In this document: positions 56,894 through 64,000 of the stretch, one piece after another | Layout of the letters: every line of letters begins with the position of its first letter | Position numbering within the stretch: the stretch's first letter is position 1 | The notes under the pieces: generated by a model | The model's input: only the letters and a program-made list of their open reading frames with translations | What the model was told of the DNA's origin: nothing | The model's database searches: none | Position numbers and translations under genes: made by a program | Assembly (NCBI GenBank): GCA_045598975.1 | Contig: JAZRVE010000112.1 | Location: 2,118 to 66,117 of the forward strand | Origin: Eubacteriales bacterium | Lineage (GTDB): Bacteria > Bacillota > Clostridia > Oscillospirales > CAG-382 | DNA: 64,000 nucleotides | Reading direction: 5' to 3'

Positions 56894-58144
56894 ATGAACA
56901 TGAAAGAAAAGAATAACGTCGTCATCGGACAGTCCGGAGGCCCGACGGCGGCGATCAACGCGACGCTTGCCGGAATCATAAAGGGATGCCTGACAAATGA
57001 GGCTTTCGGCACGGTTTACGGCATGAAAAACGGCATCGAAGGACTGCTAAAAAAGGACGTCCTCGCGCTTGCACCGTTCTTCGAAGACGAAAGCGCCTAC
57101 GAACGGCTGAAACAGACGCCGGCGGCGGCGCTCGGCTCGTGCCGGATGAAACTCGATTCAGAGGAAAAGTGCGGAGCGGTCTTCGCGGTGCTCGATGAAT
57201 TTGACATCGGCTATTTCTTCTATATCGGCGGCAACGACAGTATGGATACCGTCGCCAAGCTCGAAAAATATCAGAATACGTATCGTGCCGATGCGGAAAA
57301 GATCGCCTTTATCGGCGTACCCAAGACCATCGACAACGATCTTTGCTGTACCGACCACACGCCCGGCTACGGCTCGGCGGCGAAATTCGTGGCGTGCGCC
57401 GTGGCGGAGATCGCACGGGACTGCCGCGTTTATACGCAGAAAGCCGTGACCGTCATCGAGATCATGGGACGGGATGCGGGCTGGCTGGCGGCGTCTGCCG
57501 CGCTTGCGGCGGATATTACGGGCGACGGTGCCGATCTTGTCTATCTGCCGGAGATACCGTTTGATAACGAGGCGTTTTTGAATGATGTTCGAGGGAAACT
57601 TGAAAATCCCGATAAACCCTACGTGGTGGTCGCCGTTTCGGAGGGCGTACGGAACGCAGACGGCGAATACGCCGCCAAAAGCGCCATGAGCGGAAAGACG
57701 GACATTTTCGGTCATGCGTATCTGGCGGGAACAGGAAAATTTCTTGAAAATCTTGTGCGGGAAAACATCGGCTGCAAATGCCGCTCGGTGGAACTGAACG
57801 TGTTGCAGAGATGTGCGTCGCACATCGCGTCGGCAACAGACATAGACGAATCGTTCGCCATCGGGTACCGTGCGGCGGAGGCGGCAAGGGACGGTGCATC
57901 GGGCGTCATGATGTGCTTTGAAAGGGTACAGACGACAGATGGCTCCTATCAGGCGGAGATCCGGCATAAGGATATCGCCATGGCGGCGAATCTCGTCAAG
58001 CGCGTACCGTCCGAATATATCACACCCGACGGCAAGGGCATCAGCCGCAAGGGAATCGAGTACATAAAACCGTTAATCGCCGGGGAAAGGGATATTCTGT
58101 ACGCAAACGGACTGCCGGTCAGTTTTTCCTTTGACGAAAAATAA
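56894..58144 (+). CDS. pfp: pyrophosphate-dependent 6-phosphofructokinase (PFK family, PPi-type signature)
   Basis: GQSGGPTAAINA and MGRDAGWLAA motifs. GGNDS (Asp at the E. coli Gly104 position) and PKTIDND (Lys at the Gly124 position) are the residues that discriminate PPi- from ATP-dependent PFKs. Confidence 0.8.
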   Translation: MNMKEKNNVVIGQSGGPTAAINATLAGIIKGCLTNEAFGTVYGMKNGIEGLLKKDVLALAPFFEDESAYERLKQTPAAALGSCRMKLDSEEKCGAVFAVLDEFDIGYFFYIGGNDSMDTVAKLEKYQNTYRADAEKIAFIGVPKTIDNDLCCTDHTPGYGSAAKFVACAVAEIARDCRVYTQKAVTVIEIMGRDAGWLAASAALAADITGDGADLVYLPEIPFDNEAFLNDVRGKLENPDKPYVVVAVSEGVRNADGEYAAKSAMSGKTDIFGHAYLAGTGKFLENLVRENIGCKCRSVELNVLQRCASHIASATDIDESFAIGYRAAEAARDGASGVMMCFERVQTTDGSYQAEIRHKDIAMAANLVKRVPSEYITPDGKGISRKGIEYIKPLIAGERDILYANGLPVSFSFDEK

Positions 58145-58164
58145 TAGGAAAAATACGTTTTGCG

Positions 58165-58219
58165 GCAAAACAATAGCAAAACAATTGCAAAGCAATAGCA
58201 AAACAATTGCAAAGCAATT
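58165..58219. repeat. five tandem 11-bp repeats GCAAARCAATW
   Basis: gcaaaacaata gcaaaacaatt gcaaagcaata gcaaaacaatt gcaaagcaatt. It can equally be read as 2.5 copies of a 22-mer containing CAATTG. It ends 25 bp upstream of the -35 hexamer. Confidence 0.9.
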
Positions 58220-58244
58220 GTTTGAAAAAAATCGAAACTGCTTC

Positions 58245-58273
58245 TTGACAATGCGTCGGGAATGGTGTAAAAT
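58245..58273 (+). promoter_or_regulatory. sigma-A-type promoter of the lipoprotein gene
   Basis: TTGACA-17 nt-TAAAAT. Confidence 0.6.
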
Positions 58274-58283
58274 AAAGGCAATA

Positions 58284-58305
58284 AGGATTTTTCTGTAAAA
58301 ATCCT
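58284..58305 (+). promoter_or_regulatory. 5'-UTR hairpin of the lipoprotein gene
   Basis: AGGATTTTT-ctgt-AAAAATCCT, a 9-bp stem with no U-run, 24 nt before the ATG. Confidence 0.5.
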
Positions 58306-58329
58306 GCATCAGAATCGGAGGAACCGGAA

Positions 58330-60129
58330 ATGAAGTGGATGAAAAACGGAGTGCGCGTGCTTGCCGGCCTTTTGGCAGTCGGAGCCGTCCTTTTGACGGG
58401 CTGTTCCAAGGAGACCAATAACGAAGAATCGGAAGAAAGCGGCGTTGTAACACTCAATATGTTCGTGATCACCGAAAAGGAAACGGGTGAAAAGGCGGAG
58501 AAACAGGTTCAGAAAGCCATCAACGAGATCACGGTTCCTACCGAAAAAATCCTCGTCAAGCTGAATTACGTGACGGAAGACGAATACTGGGACGCTGTCG
58601 AAAAGGCACAGGATGAGGCGGCGGGCTATTTGCAGAACAAGGAAGCGTACCGCGGCAAATCAAACGGCAAATCCATCGCGGAAATGAGCTTCAACAGCGT
58701 CATCGACTACGTTTTCAGCATGGAGGACGTCCGGCTTGAAAAGCCGCAGCTCGATATCCTTGTCGTCAACGATTACGACCGCTTCCGTCAGATGGCGGAC
58801 GACGGGCTGTTTGCCGAGATCGATACCAAGTACGACCGCAAGGTGCTGACCAAATACCTGCACCCGACGCTCATGTCGGCAGTGACGGTCGGCAAGAAGG
58901 TTTTCGGCGTTCCGTCGAACGGCTCAGTGAAGGGAACGTATAAATTCCTTGTGTTCAATAAAGACCTGCTGAAAAAGTACGGATATACCGTCAGCGATTT
59001 GAGAAACGTGGAAGATATGGGACCGTACCTCGCCAAGATCAAGGCGTCCGAACCCGCATTCGTGCCGCTTTCCGACATTCCCGACTATACGGGTGCGGAA
59101 CTGATGGACGGCGTGCTGTATGCAAAGTCTTCCTTCGATAAACCGGCCGATTTCGTTTTCCCGGTCTATATGGATGCCGCTTATCAGAACTATCAGCTCA
59201 CCGCCGATTCCTACCGTAAGAGCGGCTACGTCGGTGAGGGCGCCCGCTATGCCGTCGAGCTCGTGGAGAGCGAGACGCTTCTCGAACACGAATGGACGGA
59301 TGAAAACGGCGTGACCTATCAGGCTCTGCTGTATGACGTTCCGCGTGTGTCGGCGGCGGATTCCTTCAAAGCCGCCATGTGCGTCAGCGCCTACTCGCTC
59401 AACCGTGCGAAAGCCGCAAAGCTGATCGAACTGTTCAACATTGACGAAGAACTCGCCAACCTTTTGCAGTACGGCGTGGAGGGATCGCATTACCGTCTGG
59501 AAGACGGATGCGTCAACTATATCGACACCGATGAAGAAAATACGTATCGCATGAATCCGGATTACACCGGAAATGCTTATATCCAGTATCCCGTTGCCGG
59601 GGAGGAAAGAGATATCGAATCCTCGAAAATGCTCAATCTCGGCGCGTCTCCGAGTGCATTCTTCGGTCTGGATATCCCGTTTGACGATGCCGAAGAGGAA
59701 GCGGTGTACCGGTTTGTTTCGATGTATACGGCATCGGCGCAGGAAGCCGTAAAGAGCGGCAGGATCACCTTGAAGGAAATGTTCAGCATAGGGCTCAAAC
59801 AGCTCAGCGCCGTCGGTTGCGCATGGAATGGAAGCGGCACCGCTCTGTTGGGCGTTTTCGGCAAGGTAACGCTTGCGCAGACCAATGCCATCGCCCCCGT
59901 GGCGGAGAACTTTGTTCTTGCGAACGAGGTGCTGACCTATAACGACGTCTACAAAACGACGGAAGAAATCGAGGCGGAAGAAGAGGCAGAGGCGGAAGCC
60001 GAAGCGGAAGCGGAAGCCGAGAAGCAAGCGGAAGCGGAAGCAGCGCTGCTTGCCCGCATCGAAGAAGAGAATCTCAAAAACAAACCGGTCGAAGAAGAAC
60101 CGATCACGGAAGACGAGGTCGCGGCGTAA
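58330..60129 (+). CDS. large lipoprotein resembling extracellular solute-binding proteins, with a Glu/Ala-repeat tail
   Basis: Signal/lipobox VGAVLLTGC-S. The body resembles large sugar-type SBPs by eye (FGVPSNGSVKGTYKFLVFNKDLLKKYGY...). C-terminal EAEEEAEAEAEAEAEAEKQAEAEA. No permease or ATPase genes are adjacent. Confidence 0.7.
   Translation: MKWMKNGVRVLAGLLAVGAVLLTGCSKETNNEESEESGVVTLNMFVITEKETGEKAEKQVQKAINEITVPTEKILVKLNYVTEDEYWDAVEKAQDEAAGYLQNKEAYRGKSNGKSIAEMSFNSVIDYVFSMEDVRLEKPQLDILVVNDYDRFRQMADDGLFAEIDTKYDRKVLTKYLHPTLMSAVTVGKKVFGVPSNGSVKGTYKFLVFNKDLLKKYGYTVSDLRNVEDMGPYLAKIKASEPAFVPLSDIPDYTGAELMDGVLYAKSSFDKPADFVFPVYMDAAYQNYQLTADSYRKSGYVGEGARYAVELVESETLLEHEWTDENGVTYQALLYDVPRVSAADSFKAAMCVSAYSLNRAKAAKLIELFNIDEELANLLQYGVEGSHYRLEDGCVNYIDTDEENTYRMNPDYTGNAYIQYPVAGEERDIESSKMLNLGASPSAFFGLDIPFDDAEEEAVYRFVSMYTASAQEAVKSGRITLKEMFSIGLKQLSAVGCAWNGSGTALLGVFGKVTLAQTNAIAPVAENFVLANEVLTYNDVYKTTEEIEAEEEAEAEAEAEAEAEKQAEAEAALLARIEEENLKNKPVEEEPITEDEVAA
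59971..60045 (+). repeat. in-frame hexanucleotide (GAR-GCN) microsatellite encoding (Glu-Ala)n
   Basis: gaggcg gaagaa gaggca gaggcg gaagcc gaagcg gaagcg gaagcc gagaag caagcg gaagcg gaagca. Confidence 0.85.
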
Positions 60130-60140
60130 AACATCAACTC

Positions 60141-60175
60141 ATACAGCGATTGCGTGAGCAGTCGCTGTATTTTTT
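60141..60175 (+). terminator. rho-independent terminator upstream of dnaA
   Basis: ATACAGCGA...TCGCTGTAT, with an inner TGC-gtga-GCA extension, followed by TTTTT. Confidence 0.85.
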
Positions 60176-60184
60176 CGTCAAGCC

Positions 60185-60214
60185 TTGACAGAAAGAGGAG
60201 AAGTGTGGTACAAT
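60185..60214 (+). promoter_or_regulatory. sigma-A-type promoter of dnaA
   Basis: TTGACA-18 nt-TACAAT with an extended -10 TG (tgtggTACAAT), 62 nt upstream of ATG 60276. Confidence 0.65.
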
Positions 60215-60275
60215 ATCCGTGATAAAAGGAAACGTGTCGAAAAAGCACGGACGGAGCAAAAGAAGGGGATACGTC

Positions 60276-61682
60276 ATGAACGAAAAAGATATATGGGATC
60301 TCGTACTGGAACGGCTGAAAAATGCGCACGGTTTTTCACCGATGGCGCTGGAACTTTGGTTTGACGGGATGATCATGGAGAAGCTGACACCGGACGTGGC
60401 GTATTTCAGCACGGATAACGCGCTGAAAAAAAACATCGTCGAGTCCAAGTATGCTGACGTCTTGAAGCAGGATCTCAAAGAAGTGCTCGGCTTTGACGTG
60501 CGCGTCGTCATCGTCTCACGCGAAAAGCAGTCGTTTGCCGAGCAGTTTGACGAATTGTACGCCAATATCGTGGCGGGCAGGGAACCGGTGGACGCCGAAC
60601 GGGAAAAAGAGGACGCGGTGGATGCCGTTTCCGACAACGTTTTTCTGTCGCCGTCACTGTCGTCGGGCTTGCCGGAATACACGTTTGACAATTTTGTTGT
60701 GGGCGGCTCCAATAATATGGCGTATACGCTTGCCAAATCCGTCGCGGAGCACCCGGCAGTCATCGCCAACCCTCTCTTTCTGTACGGCGCACCGGGACTC
60801 GGCAAGACGCATCTTCTGTATGCCATCACACGCGAAATTTCCGAAAAGCACCCGGAATATTCCATCATATACGCCAAAGGCGAGGATTTCATGAATGAGC
60901 TCGTCGAGGCGCTTGCCAATAAGACGCCGATCCTGTTCCGGGAAAAGTACCGCAACGCCGACGTGCTGATGCTCGACGATATCCAGTTTATTTCGGGAAA
61001 AGTCAGCGTGCAGGAAGAATTTTTCCATACCTATGAAGCGCTGTTCGAGGCGGGCAAGCAGATCATCGTCACGGCGGATCGGCTTCCGAAGGATATCCAG
61101 TCGCTTGCCGAGCGGTTGCGCTCGCGGTTTGAGCATGGCATCATCGCGGACATTCAGCCGCCGGATCTGGAACTGCGCGTTGCCATCTTCAAGCGTAAGG
61201 CACAGATGCTCGGTATCACCGTGCCGAATAACGTGCTCATGTATCTCGGCGAGAACATCAAGGACAATATCCGTCAGATCGAGGGTGCCCTCAAAAAAAT
61301 GCGTGCCAGTGCCATTATTCAGGGCACCGAGATCAACATGGAGCACGCCAAGAATGCCGTCAACGATATTCTGACGGCGAAAGCGGCGGCGATCTCGCCC
61401 GAAAAAGTGATCGAATACATATCGCAGAAATATCAGATCCCGTATGAGGACATTCTCGGCAGACGCAAGACGGATAACGTGGTCATGGCGCGTCAGGTCG
61501 CCATGTACCTGTTGAGGGAACTGACGGTGCTGTCGCTTGCCAATATCGGAAAAGCCTTCAACCGCGATCACTCGACGGTCGTCAACGCCATCAACCGCGT
61601 CAATGAGATGATGGAAGAGGACTGCTCGTTTGAAGCGCAGGTCGAGGACATGATCAAGGATATGCAGGCGGTTGGGTATTAA
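60276..61682 (+). CDS. dnaA: chromosomal replication initiator protein DnaA
   Basis: ATG 60276 follows GAAGGGGA. Domain I (IWDLVLERLK), AAA+ Walker A GAPGLGKTHL, Walker B LMLDDIQF, and domain IV (RQVAMYLLRELT...IGKAFNRDHSTVVNA). Length is 468 aa. Confidence 0.95.
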   Translation: MNEKDIWDLVLERLKNAHGFSPMALELWFDGMIMEKLTPDVAYFSTDNALKKNIVESKYADVLKQDLKEVLGFDVRVVIVSREKQSFAEQFDELYANIVAGREPVDAEREKEDAVDAVSDNVFLSPSLSSGLPEYTFDNFVVGGSNNMAYTLAKSVAEHPAVIANPLFLYGAPGLGKTHLLYAITREISEKHPEYSIIYAKGEDFMNELVEALANKTPILFREKYRNADVLMLDDIQFISGKVSVQEEFFHTYEALFEAGKQIIVTADRLPKDIQSLAERLRSRFEHGIIADIQPPDLELRVAIFKRKAQMLGITVPNNVLMYLGENIKDNIRQIEGALKKMRASAIIQGTEINMEHAKNAVNDILTAKAAAISPEKVIEYISQKYQIPYEDILGRRKTDNVVMARQVAMYLLRELTVLSLANIGKAFNRDHSTVVNAINRVNEMMEEDCSFEAQVEDMIKDMQAVGY

Positions 61683-61707
61683 AAGCGGAAAGAGGGAAGA
61701 ATACCGC

Positions 61708-63633
61708 GTGAAAGAGTATCCGAGAATCGGCGAAAAGCCGCTCGCCATGTCGCCGGAGGAACTGCCGGCGGGGAAAGTGCCGGATTTTGTATACGTGTCG
61801 GGCGACGCCTACGTCGATCATCCGGGTTTCGGCACGGCGATCATCGGACGGGTGTTGGAGGATGCCGGTTTTTCCGTCGGCATTATAGCCCAGCCGGATT
61901 TTCATACCCGCTATGAAGACGGGAGCGGCAAGGGCGTGTGCGTGTTCGGACGTCCGCGGCTCGGCTTTCTTGTCAGCGCCGGCAATATGGACTCCATGGT
62001 GGCACATTATACCGCCGCCAAAAAGCGCCGCAGCGAGGACTACTACTCGCCGGAAAAGAAGATCGGTCTGCGCCCCGACAGAGCGGTGATCGTGTATTGT
62101 CAGCGCATCCGCGAGGCATACGGCGACGTGCCGATCATCATCGGCGGCGTGGAAGCGTCCATGCGCCGTTTTGCTCACTATGATTATTGGGACGATAAGG
62201 TGCGAAAGAGCATTCTTGTCGATTCGCAGGCGGACCTTATCAGCTACGGCATGGGTGAAAAGTCCATTCCCGAGATCGCGCGACTGCTTGAAAAGGGCGT
62301 CCCGATCGGGAAAATACGCGGAGTAAGGGGCACGGCGTTTCTGACGGAGCTCGACTATAAACCGGAATATCCCTTTGCCGACACCTATAAGTTTGAAGAA
62401 TTGCAGACGGATAAAGAGAAGTTTGCCAAAGCCTTTGCCGTGCAGTACCGCAATCAGGACCCGATGAGCGGCAAAGCCGTGGTGGAATACTACGGCAAAA
62501 GGAAACTGGTGCAGAATCCGCCCGCGTATCTTCTGACGCGTGAGGAAATGGATCACGTCTACGCGCTCCCGTATACCCGGAAATGGCATCCGGTCTACGA
62601 TAAGGTCGGCGGGATCGCCGCCTTGCAGGAGGTGGCGTTTTCCATCACGCATAACCGCGGCTGCTTCGGCGGCTGTGCGTTTTGCTCCATCGCTTTTCAC
62701 GAGGGGCGTAACGTGGTGTCCCGCAGTATCGAGTCGGTGGTGGAGGAGGCAAGACTGCTCACGACACTGCCGGATTTCAAGGGCTATATCCATGACGTCG
62801 GCGGACCGACCGCCAACTTCCGATACGGACCGTGTCAGGCGGTACGCGACGGCAAAAAGGGCGTCTGCACGGACAGACGGTGCCTTGCACCGGAAAAATG
62901 TAAAAATCTCATTTGCGAGGAAAACGAATACGCGGAACTGCTCGAACGGGTGGCGGCATTGCCGGGGGTTAAGAAGGTTTTCGTGCGCAGCGGCGTGCGG
63001 TATGATTATACCATGTACGATCCGGACGACCGGTTTTTGCGTCAGCTTGTAAGCAAGCACGTCAGCGGACAGCTCCGCACGGCACCGGAGCATATCTCGG
63101 ACACGGTGCTTGCGGTCATGGGAAAGCCGAAGATCGCCGTGTATGAAGCCTTTTGCGAAAAGTATGAGGCGCTCTGCCGCAAGGCGGGGCTTGAACAGTA
63201 TGCCGTGCCGTATCTCATGTCCTCCCATCCGGGCTCGACGCTTGACGATGCCGTGGATTTGGCGCTGTATCTCAAAAAGCATCATCTCGATCCCGATCAG
63301 GTGCAGGATTATTACCCGACGCCGGGCACCGAGGCAACGGCAATGTATTATACGGGGCTCGATCCGCGCACGCTTGCCCCCATTCCCGTTGAACGGGATT
63401 ATATGAGTAAGCGGATGCAGCGGGCACTGTTGCAGCCGACACGCCCGGAAAACAGAGAGCTTGTGCAGAAAGCCGTCCGCATGAGCACAAGGCGGGATGC
63501 CGCGTCGCTCCTGCCGCGGTCTGCTGCAAATAGGGCGCAGACACGGACGCATGAAATGCGGAATAAGCGGTACGGCGGCGATATAAAAGCACAGGCAAAG
63601 GCAAAGACAAAAAGAAAAAACGGAAAGCCGTAA
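61708..63633 (+). CDS. ygiQ: YgiQ-family (UPF0313) radical SAM protein
   Basis: VSGDAYVDHPGFGTAIIGR N-terminal signature and radical SAM motif CFGGCAFCS. GTG 61708 lies 10 nt after AGAGGGA (alternative ATG 61747). It starts 25 nt after the dnaA stop. Confidence 0.9.
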   Translation: MKEYPRIGEKPLAMSPEELPAGKVPDFVYVSGDAYVDHPGFGTAIIGRVLEDAGFSVGIIAQPDFHTRYEDGSGKGVCVFGRPRLGFLVSAGNMDSMVAHYTAAKKRRSEDYYSPEKKIGLRPDRAVIVYCQRIREAYGDVPIIIGGVEASMRRFAHYDYWDDKVRKSILVDSQADLISYGMGEKSIPEIARLLEKGVPIGKIRGVRGTAFLTELDYKPEYPFADTYKFEELQTDKEKFAKAFAVQYRNQDPMSGKAVVEYYGKRKLVQNPPAYLLTREEMDHVYALPYTRKWHPVYDKVGGIAALQEVAFSITHNRGCFGGCAFCSIAFHEGRNVVSRSIESVVEEARLLTTLPDFKGYIHDVGGPTANFRYGPCQAVRDGKKGVCTDRRCLAPEKCKNLICEENEYAELLERVAALPGVKKVFVRSGVRYDYTMYDPDDRFLRQLVSKHVSGQLRTAPEHISDTVLAVMGKPKIAVYEAFCEKYEALCRKAGLEQYAVPYLMSSHPGSTLDDAVDLALYLKKHHLDPDQVQDYYPTPGTEATAMYYTGLDPRTLAPIPVERDYMSKRMQRALLQPTRPENRELVQKAVRMSTRRDAASLLPRSAANRAQTRTHEMRNKRYGGDIKAQAKAKTKRKNGKP

Positions 63634-63644
63634 GAGGCTTTCCG
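63609..63644 (-). terminator. rho-independent terminator of the DUF378 gene, embedded in the 3' end of ygiQ
   Basis: On the minus strand: CGGAAAGCC-tcttac-GGCTTTCCG followed by TTTTTTCTTTTT. On the plus strand the same bases encode the Lys-rich ygiQ tail and its stop codon. Confidence 0.7.
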
Positions 63645-63683
63645 TGAACGGAACGTCAGTAAGGGGTTCCGTTAAAGCAGGGG

Positions 63684-63902
63684 TCAGAGGGACTCTTCTC
63701 CGTCCGAAAGAACGCTTTTTTCGCGGAAGAGAAGGGAAATACACCAAAGACCGGCAAGACCGACGATGGCGAAAATAATGCGGCTGACGAGGCTGTCCTG
63801 ACCGCCGAAGAGCCAGGCGACGATGTCAAATTGGAAAAGACCGATACTGCCCCAGTTGAGTGCGCCGATAACGGCGAGCACGAGGGCTGTTCTGTCGAGC
63901 AT
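63684..63902 (-). CDS. DUF378-family small membrane protein
   Basis: LDRTALVLAVIGALNWGSIGLFQFDIVAWLFGG is the DUF378 signature. ATG 63902 is 9 nt after AAGGAG; ATG 63911 abuts the RBS. Confidence 0.8.
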   Translation of the reverse strand: MLDRTALVLAVIGALNWGSIGLFQFDIVAWLFGGQDSLVSRIIFAIVGLAGLWCISLLFREKSVLSDGEESL

Positions 63903-64000
63903 ACGTTTCATCTCCTTATCTGAATGCGGAACAAACGGAAAACCGTTTCATTCCGTGTCTATTGTAACCCGAAAAGCAACGAATATTCATCCGAAAGGAA

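Noticed and set aside
58165-58219. Possible CRISPR or iteron-type origin repeats.
   Set aside because: The units are only 11 bp (or 22 bp), directly abutting with no spacers, and there are no cas genes. There are also no flanking DnaA boxes or rep gene. The array is kept as a finding only as a promoter-proximal repeat.
60130-60275. Search for DnaA boxes around dnaA.
   Set aside because: Only poor matches were seen in the spacer, for example ATATCCGTG at about 60212. The isolated one-mismatch boxes I noticed lie inside coding regions far away and do not cluster: TGTGGATAC near 17361 in malQ, and TCATCCACA near 36893 in the Nudix gene. This was a manual scan, so weak boxes may have been missed.
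61654-63747. 697-aa minus-strand ORF antisense to ygiQ. ORF 60654-61748, antisense to dnaA, is a similar case.
   Set aside because: dnaA and ygiQ carry diagnostic motifs on the plus strand. The antisense products have none and would overlap the DUF378 gene and its terminator.
63903-64000. Possible forespore-type (sigma-F or sigma-G) promoter TGAATA-17-TACAAT upstream of the DUF378 gene.
   Set aside because: Checked against GHATR-18-CATXHTA (sigma-G) and GCATR-15-GGHRARHTX (sigma-F), the -10 region fits neither. The region also runs into the window edge.
1-64000. Mobile elements, prophage, toxin-antitoxin, restriction-modification, CRISPR-Cas or other defence systems, and tRNA/rRNA genes.
   Set aside because: No ORF shows transposase, integrase, recombinase, Cas, methyltransferase or toxin-like motifs. 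There are no terminal inverted repeats or spacer arrays. All intergenic regions are shorter than 270 bp and are accounted for by promoters and terminators.

Overview
This is a GC-rich, densely coding chromosomal segment. It reads like the core genome of a spore-forming member of the Clostridia; my guess of an Oscillospirales/Ruminococcaceae-like organism rests on gene content only. About 50 protein-coding genes are supported. I saw no rRNA, tRNA, CRISPR array, transposase, integrase, phage or recognisable defence genes.

Gene layout:
- 1-16.9 kb, plus strand: recJ-relA-dtd-hemZ, the Bacillus-like spoVB/yabM-mazG-yabO-yabP-yabQ-divIC block, hpf, a PHP protein, a short clan GH-A glycosidase-like gene on the minus strand, a GH20 hexosaminidase and a stand-alone small membrane-protein gene.
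- 17.0-36.1 kb, minus strand, 17 consecutive genes: radical-SAM pair TIGR03960/TIGR03936-mnmG-unknown-malQ, mscL, hpt, tsaB, a Ca/Na antiporter, tepA, a BMP-type ABC importer, an ABC exporter and ytfJ-ytfI.
- 36.3-63.6 kb, plus strand: a Nudix fusion, capD-like, pcrA, rpmB, rseP-ispG, GH2, GH78, mfd, prsA-like, PPi-dependent PFK, an SBP-like lipoprotein and dnaA-ygiQ. This block is interrupted by a minus-strand sipL-like sporulation gene with two micro-ORFs upstream.

I did not find a convincing novel multi-gene system. The observations most worth a second look are:
1. A 15-bp terminator hairpin sequesters the sipL ribosome-binding site and also carries a sigma-E-type promoter in its loop.
2. 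dnaA has no dnaN, no rpmH/rnpA and no visible DnaA-box cluster, and is apparently co-transcribed with ygiQ.
3. Five tandem 11-bp repeats sit just upstream of the promoter of the lipoprotein gene that precedes dnaA.
4. The uncharacterised radical-SAM pair is tightly coupled to mnmG.

The many very long ORFs on the opposite strand of recognised genes are compositional artefacts. All coordinates of short motifs were counted by hand and could be off by a base or two.
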